From the NCBI GenBank assembly GCA_021799085.1, contig JAJZBD010000006.1, positions 13,477 to 77,476 on the forward strand: 64,000 nt of DNA, given 5' to 3'. Source of the DNA: Nanobdellota archaeon (GTDB lineage Archaea > Nanobdellota > Nanobdellia > Parvarchaeales > Parvarchaeaceae). This document shows positions 19,406 through 27,560 of this stretch, piece by piece. The notes under the pieces are model-generated. The model searched no databases. It worked only from the letters and a program-made list of their open reading frames with translations, and was not told the DNA's origin. Positions within the stretch are counted from its first letter, which is position 1. Each line of letters begins with the position of its first letter. The translations under genes and the position numbers were made by a program.

Positions 19406-19648
19406 ATGAAAGAAGAAGACATGGAACTAAAAGGAAAGACGAAAAAGCTGAAGAAAAAGACTGTGGAAGAGGCTCCATCTGAAGAAGAAAACATGTCCCA
19501 AATGGAGTTTGAAACAAACACAGAATGCCCTAAATGCGGCCAGAAAAAGATAATATCTTGGACTGAGCAGACAAGAAGCTCGGATGAACCGCCAACTAGG
19601 TTCTATAAGTGCGTAAACTGCGGTTATACTTGGAGAGAGTACAGTTAA
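19406..19648 (+). CDS. TFS/TFIIS-type C-terminal zinc-ribbon protein lacking the N-terminal Zn-ribbon
   Basis: 80 aa; C-terminal CPKCG...RSSDEPPTRFYKCVNCGYTWRE matches the TFIIS/TFS acidic-hairpin ribbon; N-terminal 35 aa are K/E-rich with no Cys. Confidence 0.6.
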   Translation: MKEEDMELKGKTKKLKKKTVEEAPSEEENMSQMEFETNTECPKCGQKKIISWTEQTRSSDEPPTRFYKCVNCGYTWREYS

Positions 19649-19655
19649 TAAGTCC

Positions 19656-20648
19656 ATGGAAGATACTGACCTTATAATAATAGGAGCAGGACCGACAGGG
19701 ATGTTTGCCACTTTTTGTGCAGGCCTTAGAGAGATAAACAGCATAACACTTGAAAGCTTAGACAGGCATGGTGGACAGATGTTGGAACTTTACCCTGAAA
19801 AAATAGTGTATGACGTGCAGGCTGTGCCGAAGATGAAGGCAATAGATTTATCAGACAAAATGTACGAGCAGAGCCAGCTTTTCAAAAGAAGGATTGAATT
19901 CAATTCAAAGGTAACAGACATAATACCTGAAAACGACAGGTTCACAATAGAAGTTAACGGCCAGAAAAAATACACCAGCAAAGCAGTCCTTATATGCGGA
20001 GGAGTAGGGGATTTCCATCCGAATAAATTGAACATAGAAGGAGAAGAGCAGTATGAAGGAAAAGGCCTGTACTATGCAGTAAAATCTGTAAATGACTTCA
20101 AGGACAAAATAGTTGCGGTTATCGGCGGTGGAGATTCAGCTTTTGATTATCAGATGCAGCTTTCACCAGTATGCAAGAAGAGCTACATAATACAGCACAA
20201 CAACACTTTTAAAGCCGCTGAGTCAAGCGTGGATGCAGTAAAAAGAGACAACAAAGCGGAGATAATAATGAATACTGACGTAAAAAAGATAAACGGCGAT
20301 GGAAACACTGTGAAAAGCATAGAACTTTTTGATAACACAAATAAAACAAGCAAAACACTCGAGGTTGATGCCGTAGTTGTAGCCATAGGCTACAAAGTTA
20401 ATCCCTCTACCTTCAAATCTCTTCCAATAGAGACAACTAACAGGTACATAAAGGTTGACCACAACTACAAAACCAGCATTAACGGCGTTTATGCTGCAGG
20501 CGATATAGCAAACGTAACTGATGAACCTAAGTTTGCCCTCATAGCAGTTGGCGGTGCGGAAGCATACATAGCAATAAACAACATAAAGAAGTACATCTCT
20601 CCAAACGCATCCCTTTTTGGAGGGCATAGCTCCTCTCTTAATCTATGA
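19656..20648 (+). CDS. FAD-dependent pyridine nucleotide-disulfide oxidoreductase, thioredoxin-reductase-like but without the CxxC redox centre (YumC/FNR type)
   Basis: 330 aa; FAD motif IIGAGPTGMFA; NAD(P) motif VIGGGDSAFD; no CAxC at the position of the TrxR active site. Confidence 0.65.
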   Translation: MEDTDLIIIGAGPTGMFATFCAGLREINSITLESLDRHGGQMLELYPEKIVYDVQAVPKMKAIDLSDKMYEQSQLFKRRIEFNSKVTDIIPENDRFTIEVNGQKKYTSKAVLICGGVGDFHPNKLNIEGEEQYEGKGLYYAVKSVNDFKDKIVAVIGGGDSAFDYQMQLSPVCKKSYIIQHNNTFKAAESSVDAVKRDNKAEIIMNTDVKKINGDGNTVKSIELFDNTNKTSKTLEVDAVVVAIGYKVNPSTFKSLPIETTNRYIKVDHNYKTSINGVYAAGDIANVTDEPKFALIAVGGAEAYIAINNIKKYISPNASLFGGHSSSLNL

Positions 20649-21496
20649 TTTACACAACATTGAATGAAAAAATCATAAAAACGGTATATAAAAAGAGGGA
20701 CAACTGGTCGCATAAGGGCAACTTTGGCAAAGTCTTAGTGGTTGGTGGATCTGAGGAGTATACCGGTTCACCGGCAATAGTCGCCCTTTCTGCATTAAGA
20801 GCAGGGGTTGACCTCACAAAGATAATTGCACCAAGAAGAGCAGCAGATACATGTGCAGGATTCTCCCCAGAGATAATAACCGAGGCAGTTAACGCAGCGG
20901 AATTGAATTCAGGTGCTTTCCATAGGATAAAGGAAGAATCGGAAAAATACAATGTAATGGTCTTGGGGAATGGGATAAAAACTGGATATGAGCAAACTAT
21001 CCTTGTAAACAAGATTCTTAAGGAGATAGGCATGAAAATAGTATTAGATGCAGATGCAATAAAGGTGGCTGATACTAATCAACTTACAAAAAATATAGTT
21101 ATAACTCCGAATTCAAACGAATTCAAAATACTTTTCAAGGAAGATCCTTCCAAGGATTTGGAAAAGAGAATAAAGCAAGTTTATGAGAAAGCAAGGCAAT
21201 TCAACACGACTATACTATTGAAGGGCCATGTAGACGTGATATCAAACGGCGAAAACACGTTCATTAACAAGAACAATTCGGTTTATATGACAAAAGGCGG
21301 AACGGGGGACTCACTAGCCGGTATAACAGCCGCAATGATGTGCCAGAATAACAACCCAGTAGAGGCAGCTGCCGCTGCCGCTTTTATAAATGGCTATACG
21401 GGAAGAACGGTTGCAAAAAGAGAAAGGGAATCATTTTCAGTAATGCACTTAATAGACAGTATAGGTGACACAATCAACAAATGGAGATATCAGTGA
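20645..21496 (+). CDS. nnrD: ADP-dependent NAD(P)H-hydrate dehydratase (YjeF C-terminal domain)
   Basis: 283 aa; GKVLVVGGSEEYTGSPAIVALSALRAG and GGTGDSLAG motifs of the ribokinase-like Nnr dehydratase; ATGA overlap with the upstream gene. Confidence 0.8.
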   Translation: MIYTTLNEKIIKTVYKKRDNWSHKGNFGKVLVVGGSEEYTGSPAIVALSALRAGVDLTKIIAPRRAADTCAGFSPEIITEAVNAAELNSGAFHRIKEESEKYNVMVLGNGIKTGYEQTILVNKILKEIGMKIVLDADAIKVADTNQLTKNIVITPNSNEFKILFKEDPSKDLEKRIKQVYEKARQFNTTILLKGHVDVISNGENTFINKNNSVYMTKGGTGDSLAGITAAMMCQNNNPVEAAAAAAFINGYTGRTVAKRERESFSVMHLIDSIGDTINKWRYQ

Positions 21497-22956
21497 TATT
21501 CATACTTTTTCCTAAGTTCCTCAAAATCAGTTGAAGCCGAATCCAAAATAACAGAGTCTAGTTTATCCGCATTTATCCTAAACTGTTTCATTGAATCGCT
21601 TTCCCTTACAGTTATTGTATTGTCTTTTATTGTATCATAATCAACTGTAAAAGCGATTTTTATTCCGACTTCTTCTGCCCTTCTGTATCTTTTTCCTATG
21701 CTTCCATTCTCACTGTACAATATATCATTTCTGTACCTTGAACTGTTGAAAATGGAAGTTGCTTTAACATCCAGATTATCCTTTGATACCAAAGGAAATA
21801 TTGCAGCCTTAAAAGGAGATATAGAACTATTCATGGAAAGCCATGCCCTCTGTTCATCTTTCCTGAATGAAGAGAACAAAAGAAGATAAAACAACCTATC
21901 AGTTCCCATTGATATTTCAAATATCTGCGGTATCTTATCTTCTACTCTCAAACCCTTTGCACCGTATTCTTCATATGCAGAAAGGTCATGTTCTCCGCGG
22001 TTATTACATGCAACCAGCTCTACCCAAAGATCCTGTTTCTTTATTTCAACGTCAAAGGATTCCTTTGAGTAAAATGCTTTGTCCTCATAAAGTTTCCTGT
22101 ATCTTATGTCTTCATTTCTGAACCCCACTCTTAGCAGAAATTCATGAACTTTTGCTATTCCGTATGCAGTTACACTGCTTTTTATTACTCCCTTTGAAAG
22201 TGCATCGCTAATCGCTATTTCACCCAATGCACTGTCATTCTTGTCATATACATTTATCTTGAAGTCTTTATCAAGCTTGAAATCATCCTCTATAAAGAAG
22301 ATTTCTATGTCATTCTGGTAAAACTCCCTCTGCCTCAAAAGATTGTTTCTTGGTGATATCTCATTTCTGAAGGCCTTACCAACTTGTGCTATTGCCATTG
22401 GCAGCTTTTTCCCATAAGCCTCAAAGACCCTTTTAAAATCAAGGAATATTGACTGACAAGCTTCAGGCCTAAGATAAGCTGAAATGTCATCGCCGACCTT
22501 TAAAGGAAACATCGTCCCGAATTTTTTTATACCATCCAGCTCTCCGCCGCACTTGCTGCACTTTATGGAATATTCCTTTAGGTACTTCAAGTATTCCTCC
22601 TCTGTTAAACCCTCAAAGTTCTTGCTGCTGTCTTTTTCCTCCAAAAGCTTGTCAACTCTGTAGACAGTGCCGCACTTGCTGCACTTTATCTCCATGTCGA
22701 AAAAGTTGGCTTCATGCCCAGAGGCCTGCAACACTATCTTTGGAAGAATAACACTGCCTGAAATTTCAAAGCCATTCATTGAATAGAGAGTCTGCCTCCA
22801 CTGCTCCAACAAATTGTTGAGTATTCTTACGCCTATTGGGCCATAGTCCCAAAAGCCGGCTATGTTATCGCTGAACACTTCCGAAGAATGGAAGAATATA
22901 CCCCTAGAAAGTGCTATCCTTAAAAGCTCGTCATCTCTTTCCTCTTTTGTATCCAT
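21490..22956 (-). CDS. glyS: Glycine--tRNA ligase (archaeal/eukaryotic alpha2 type)
   Basis: 488 aa; class II aaRS motifs; GlyRS insertion with zinc-ribbon-like Cys pairs (CSKCG...CSKCGG); C-terminal anticodon-binding domain. Confidence 0.9.
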   Translation of the reverse strand: MDTKEERDDELLRIALSRGIFFHSSEVFSDNIAGFWDYGPIGVRILNNLLEQWRQTLYSMNGFEISGSVILPKIVLQASGHEANFFDMEIKCSKCGTVYRVDKLLEEKDSSKNFEGLTEEEYLKYLKEYSIKCSKCGGELDGIKKFGTMFPLKVGDDISAYLRPEACQSIFLDFKRVFEAYGKKLPMAIAQVGKAFRNEISPRNNLLRQREFYQNDIEIFFIEDDFKLDKDFKINVYDKNDSALGEIAISDALSKGVIKSSVTAYGIAKVHEFLLRVGFRNEDIRYRKLYEDKAFYSKESFDVEIKKQDLWVELVACNNRGEHDLSAYEEYGAKGLRVEDKIPQIFEISMGTDRLFYLLLFSSFRKDEQRAWLSMNSSISPFKAAIFPLVSKDNLDVKATSIFNSSRYRNDILYSENGSIGKRYRRAEEVGIKIAFTVDYDTIKDNTITVRESDSMKQFRINADKLDSVILDSASTDFEELRKKYEYH

Positions 22957-22987
22957 CTAATCAGATAAAGTTGGTGGCTTAAATTAA

Positions 22988-24874
22988 TTACTTTCTGCTT
23001 CTTTTCTTGCGGATTACTTTCTTTTTACCACTCGTATTGCTCTGTTTTTTGCGGGTTTTTAAGTACAGCCTATATTCAAAGACTATGCCTGCAAGCACTA
23101 CTCCGATTGCTATTCCTAGAACTATAAGACTTATCTCCTCCAACAAAGGAGTTACAGGTGTTGAAACAGGTATCGGCTGAAGTGAAGGGGTGTATGGTAC
23201 AAGGCTAGCATTTGAAACAAGCATGCCGAGCTGCGTAAAGTCCCTTGCTTCCGTTTCAAAAAGCAAGTACTCAGAAAAATCAGAATTGCTTGCATTTGAT
23301 GGATTGTAGAACTGGTTTCCAAAATAGTAATAGCTTATCCCCAAAAAAGGAGTTACTCCGCTTGCTTCTGCAGAATTTATTGTATTAAGAGTTGCAATTG
23401 CGCTTTGATTGCCTATCTGCGACAGTACTGAAATGTTGATAAGGCTGTTTTCCTCTATAAGCATCTGTGCCACACTTATTGATTCTATAGATGCAAATAT
23501 AGATGAAACGTAATTACCGCTGTAGTATCTTGACTGTGCAGAACTTAGGTAAGACTGCATTTCAGATATCTCTGGTGGAAGGTCTACTCCAAGCAAACTT
23601 GCATAATCATTGTAGGAAGACGCCTTGTAAAGATAGTAATTACTCAATGCCTCATAGTTTGACTGCGAGAAGCTTGAGCTTCCCTTTGGAAGTATTGAAA
23701 CCCAGAAGTATGCAGTTTCTGCTTTTACTGCTGCAAGCGAATAATAATAGATTGCATTTTGCACGTTTCCTGAAGAAAGGCTTTGAATTGAATCATTGAG
23801 ATAATCCTCTGCCTGCATAAGGCGATCAAAAGCTATGAACTTTAGTATTAAAGTAGAGGAATTGGAAATGTAATTCGATGAGATATTGTTCTCTATTCCT
23901 TTTATTGTGGAATTTTCCTGGGATATAAGGTTCTTTACAAATGAATTCTGGCCTGAAGAAGGCAAGGTCTCAAGAAGTTTTGCCTGCAACAGGTCCGAAG
24001 ATGAAGTTATCATGCTGCTGGCTGCAACATAATAGCTGCCGTTCTGTGCTTCAGCTTTCTGTGCCGACATGTCAGAAATCGCTTGGTTTATAAGTAACTG
24101 TATAGAGGAGTTGCTGTCGTTAACGCTAGGCAAGGAAGAATATAAGCCGTTTTGATATGAATCGAACTGCAAGTAAGTCTGCTTCATCAAGGAAAGGTAA
24201 AGATTCGTTTGTATGTTGTAATTAACGGTTGGAGTTACATTATATCCGGTAAAGTACTGGAATGCCTGATATTCCGAGCTTACAGGCATTGGAATTTCCC
24301 CGTGCGCTTCATCATAAGAAAGCGCGGCTGACGAGATAGTGTCAGTAGAAGGATAAAGAAATGTTTTTATGTGCTGGTTTGCAGCAGCCTCTGATTTCTG
24401 TGAAACATCCCCCACTATGCCTACGCTGCCGTCCGGATTGGCAGTACCTGTCATTGCAACGTTTTTATTCAGAGGCTTGCCGGATAGTATTGACATGGCC
24501 GCCATTGTAAATGCTGACCCTGCGCTTGGCCCCCCGACTTCGACCGAAGAGGAAGTAATATAATAATAGAAATTGTAATCATCGCAGTTAACATTAAGCA
24601 GCTGACAAGCAAGCTCCGCGGACAGAACGGCCTGTGCCTGTGTGTCTGTCTGAGTTAAAGGGGTTGACCCCAAAAAAACCTTGCCAGTTCCATTTGTTAT
24701 CGTAAGATTAAGAAGCGCAGGCACTCCAACCAATGTGCCGTTTGATGAATTTGTAACTCCAAATATGTAAAGGCTCGTAGAGCCAACTACATTCTGTATG
24801 CTCTGTGCATGCACAGTGCCTATCATTAAAAGTACGACAAGCAATAACGAGAGGATAAAAAGCCTTGAATCCAT
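22988..24874 (-). CDS. Secreted/membrane-anchored Lon-like S16 serine peptidase (no ATPase domain)
   Basis: 628 aa; signal peptide; Lon proteolytic core VGGPSAGSAFTMAAM...VAMTGT...GSVGIVGDVSQKSEAA (Ser-Lys dyad); long S/N/Y-rich region; C-terminal TM helix plus K/R tail. Confidence 0.65.
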   Translation of the reverse strand: MDSRLFILSLLLVVLLMIGTVHAQSIQNVVGSTSLYIFGVTNSSNGTLVGVPALLNLTITNGTGKVFLGSTPLTQTDTQAQAVLSAELACQLLNVNCDDYNFYYYITSSSVEVGGPSAGSAFTMAAMSILSGKPLNKNVAMTGTANPDGSVGIVGDVSQKSEAAANQHIKTFLYPSTDTISSAALSYDEAHGEIPMPVSSEYQAFQYFTGYNVTPTVNYNIQTNLYLSLMKQTYLQFDSYQNGLYSSLPSVNDSNSSIQLLINQAISDMSAQKAEAQNGSYYVAASSMITSSSDLLQAKLLETLPSSGQNSFVKNLISQENSTIKGIENNISSNYISNSSTLILKFIAFDRLMQAEDYLNDSIQSLSSGNVQNAIYYYSLAAVKAETAYFWVSILPKGSSSFSQSNYEALSNYYLYKASSYNDYASLLGVDLPPEISEMQSYLSSAQSRYYSGNYVSSIFASIESISVAQMLIEENSLINISVLSQIGNQSAIATLNTINSAEASGVTPFLGISYYYFGNQFYNPSNASNSDFSEYLLFETEARDFTQLGMLVSNASLVPYTPSLQPIPVSTPVTPLLEEISLIVLGIAIGVVLAGIVFEYRLYLKTRKKQSNTSGKKKVIRKKRSRK

Positions 24875-24939
24875 TTATTTAATAATAACCTAATCATTTA
24901 TAAAGTTTATAGAAATATTTAATAAAAATAATAGGTTAT

Positions 24940-25578
24940 ATGATAAAACTGATAATGAACGCTGATGATTTCGGCTATTCTAAAATATTTAATACCGAGA
25001 TAATAAAGCTTCTAAGAGAAGGAAAATTGAAATCTACAACGGTAATGGTCAAAAGGGTAGACTCAACGCAAAAATACCAGATTGAAGAGCTTAAGATCCT
25101 CGGAAAAGACGGGATAAGCATAGGAATTCATTTTGAAATGGATGAAAACGAAGACATAAGACAACAAGTAGATGAGCAGTATTCATTATTTTTTAATATT
25201 TTCGGTTTCCAGCCTTCGCATTTTGACATACACATGCCGAAATACGGGTTAATGGAGAACGCAGCTTTGGAGATAATAAAGTTTGGAGATGAAAAAGACG
25301 TGCCTGTAAGAAATCTGGGGATAAACAAGACCGGAAAGCACACCAGTGATAAAGCATTCTTCGCAACAAACCACAGCATAGAGGAAATCTATTCTTATAT
25401 TGATGGTATGGAAGAAGGAAAAAGCTATGAAATAATAGTGCATCCTGGCATGTTTGACCCTGAATCTAAATCTTCGCTTAACAAAGACAGGGAGCAGGAC
25501 ATATTGAAAGTGAATCTAATAAACAAGAAGATAAAACAAAGACCTGAGATAAAAATTATAAGTTATCTTGAACTTTAA
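24940..25578 (+). CDS. YdjC/ChbG-family carbohydrate deacetylase-like protein
   Basis: 212 aa; N-terminal MNADDFG signature of the YdjC family; conserved His (GIHFEM). Confidence 0.72.
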   Translation: MIKLIMNADDFGYSKIFNTEIIKLLREGKLKSTTVMVKRVDSTQKYQIEELKILGKDGISIGIHFEMDENEDIRQQVDEQYSLFFNIFGFQPSHFDIHMPKYGLMENAALEIIKFGDEKDVPVRNLGINKTGKHTSDKAFFATNHSIEEIYSYIDGMEEGKSYEIIVHPGMFDPESKSSLNKDREQDILKVNLINKKIKQRPEIKIISYLEL

Positions 25579-25845
25579 TTAGGAAAAGCTGCCGGATTCT
25601 AGCTTGCTCTTGAAGTTCTGCAACGCCTCTATAAGCAGAGGTAACTCATCAAAGTTAACTGTCAAACTAGTCTTTATTCTTTCCTCTTCCTTTCCGTCCT
25701 TTTCCATTGTATAACCTTTCTTTATGCTTATGAATGTTATTTCTTTCTCGCCCTCTGTTCCCTTTGTAAGTCCTATCTTTATAAAATTCCTTGAGCCTTC
25801 TCTGGTTATCTTTTCAACTGGCTCTTCTACATCTTTGAATTCCAT
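25579..25845 (-). CDS. PC4-like ssDNA-binding domain protein (tentative)
   Basis: 88 aa; pattern GEKEITFISIKKGY...KTSLTVNFDELPLLIEAL resembles the PC4 C-terminal domain (KGKVLIDIREYW...KGISLNPEQWSQLKEQI). Confidence 0.4.
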   Translation of the reverse strand: MEFKDVEEPVEKITREGSRNFIKIGLTKGTEGEKEITFISIKKGYTMEKDGKEEERIKTSLTVNFDELPLLIEALQNFKSKLESGSFS

Positions 25846-25908
25846 AGAAAAAATAAGTAAACATAAGATTTAAGCATTTCTGTTACTGCATAAGTAAAGT
25901 TACAGAGA

Positions 25909-26733
25909 TTACTTTTCAAGGAGCTTCTTTGCGGTTTCAATGTCTTCCTTTGTCTTTATACTTAACCAACCGCCGTTGTATATATAACCGAAAAGCAGGC
26001 CATCCTTTGCAAGCAGTGGCAGCAGATCCGTCTTTATGTTCCATTCCAAGTCACCCGGTGGGATGTACTTGAAAACATCCTGATCCAACAGGAAAATAGA
26101 AGTGGGTATTAGCTTTGAATTCACAGGCTCAGGTAGTTTTTCATACGTCAGTATCTTGCTTCCCTTCAATGTAACCCTGTCCTTTGTAGGAAAGGAAACA
26201 TCAGTAGGCATGTATATTGCCATAGAAGCGGGGCTATTGTGCGCCATGTGGAATTTAAGCATGTCCCTTAGGTCAATGTCAAATATAGAATCGCCTGTTA
26301 CAAACAAAGTTGTTGTTCCAACGTACTGCTTTACCCTTTCGAGGGCCTTTGCGCTTCCCTTTAAGTTATTGTCGTCTATGTACTTTATGTCAACACCGTA
26401 GCCTTCGCCGTTTTTCAATATTGAAAATATCTGCTTTAATAGCTCAGTCTTCCCAGATATCATTATGCTCCTAAAGTTGTTTACCCTGAGCTTTGAGATT
26501 ATCCTTTCTATTACAGTTGATTCGCCTATCTTTACCAATGGCCTGTAATAATCTGTTCCATTAACTGTAAATTCCCCACCGCAAAGGATTATTGCAGAAT
26601 TCTGTTTCTCGAAGTACTTTCTTAGTATGTCCTCAACGGCTTCGCTCTTTGACCGGTAGTAAATATTGTCAACTAAAGAATCAAGTTTTGCGACGACATC
26701 TGCGTCAATTGTAAAGGAGGTTCTTGCTTTCAT
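25909..26733 (-). CDS. Ribbon-helix-helix domain fused to a divergent sugar-phosphate/MobA-like nucleotidyltransferase domain
   Basis: 274 aa; N-terminal RHH-like SFTIDADVVAKLDSLVDNIYYRSKSEAVEDILRKYF; then AIILCGGEFT...RPLVKIG, aligning to the LAGGxGTRL...PK.L NTP-transferase signature (degenerate); GDSIFDID acidic motif. Confidence 0.5.
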   Translation of the reverse strand: MKARTSFTIDADVVAKLDSLVDNIYYRSKSEAVEDILRKYFEKQNSAIILCGGEFTVNGTDYYRPLVKIGESTVIERIISKLRVNNFRSIMISGKTELLKQIFSILKNGEGYGVDIKYIDDNNLKGSAKALERVKQYVGTTTLFVTGDSIFDIDLRDMLKFHMAHNSPASMAIYMPTDVSFPTKDRVTLKGSKILTYEKLPEPVNSKLIPTSIFLLDQDVFKYIPPGDLEWNIKTDLLPLLAKDGLLFGYIYNGGWLSIKTKEDIETAKKLLEK

Positions 26734-26859
26734 ATCATTATATAGATCTTCTTAGTTTAATACTTAGCCAAATTCACATATATAAAACTAACGGTTTAAG
26801 AAAAGTTTAAATACTAATAAAGTCATTAGGAAATGTAAATAAAATACTAAGATTCTTAT

Positions 26860-27480
26860 ATGAGCATAGTAAAAACAGGAACAACGACATTAGGATTAGT
26901 GTACAAAGACGGAGTAATCCTTGCAGCAGACAGAAGGGCAACTGCAGATCACATAGTCGCCAACAAGAATGCGGAAAAAGTCATGGCTATAAGTGACAGG
27001 ATAGGTATAACAACTGCTGGAATGGTTGCTGATCTACAAGCAATGGTTAGATTGATGAGATCAGAGCTTACCCTTTATGAGATAAGGTCCGGTTCAAAAT
27101 TGGATACTGACGGAGCGGTTAGCTTATTAAGCGCAATACTCTTCAACAAGAGGCTTTCTTTGAATTTGATTTACGGTGAGTTTATAATAGGTGGATATGA
27201 TAACGAGCCGAAGCTTTTCTCAATAGATGAAGCCGGTGGGCAGGGCAAGGACAAATTCACTGTAACGGGCAGCGGTGGAATATTCGCTTTAGGTGTACTT
27301 GAAGGAGATTACAAAGACAATATGACAGAGGAAGAGGCAATAAAACTGGCGTATAAGGCAATCTCTTCTTCGATAAAAAGAGATGTTTATACCGGAGAAG
27401 GAATAGACATAGCAGTAATAAACAAAAAAGGTTACAAGAAACTTTCAGACGAAGAGATACAGAAAGTAGTAAGCAAGTAA
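26860..27480 (+). CDS. psmB: 20S proteasome beta subunit
   Basis: 206 aa; short propeptide MSIVKTG then the catalytic Thr TTTLGL; Ntn-hydrolase fold motifs. Confidence 0.9.
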   Translation: MSIVKTGTTTLGLVYKDGVILAADRRATADHIVANKNAEKVMAISDRIGITTAGMVADLQAMVRLMRSELTLYEIRSGSKLDTDGAVSLLSAILFNKRLSLNLIYGEFIIGGYDNEPKLFSIDEAGGQGKDKFTVTGSGGIFALGVLEGDYKDNMTEEEAIKLAYKAISSSIKRDVYTGEGIDIAVINKKGYKKLSDEEIQKVVSK

Positions 27481-27560
27481 TTACAAGTCTTTTTCATTTA
27501 TCTTATGGGATAAACTGATTATTGGAATTTTAGCCTATGGTAGATACTTTATATTAAATT

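Noticed and set aside
19656-20648. Thioredoxin reductase annotation
   Set aside because: Lacks the CxxC redox-active disulfide between the FAD and NAD(P) motifs; called TrxR-like flavoprotein (FNR/YumC type) instead.
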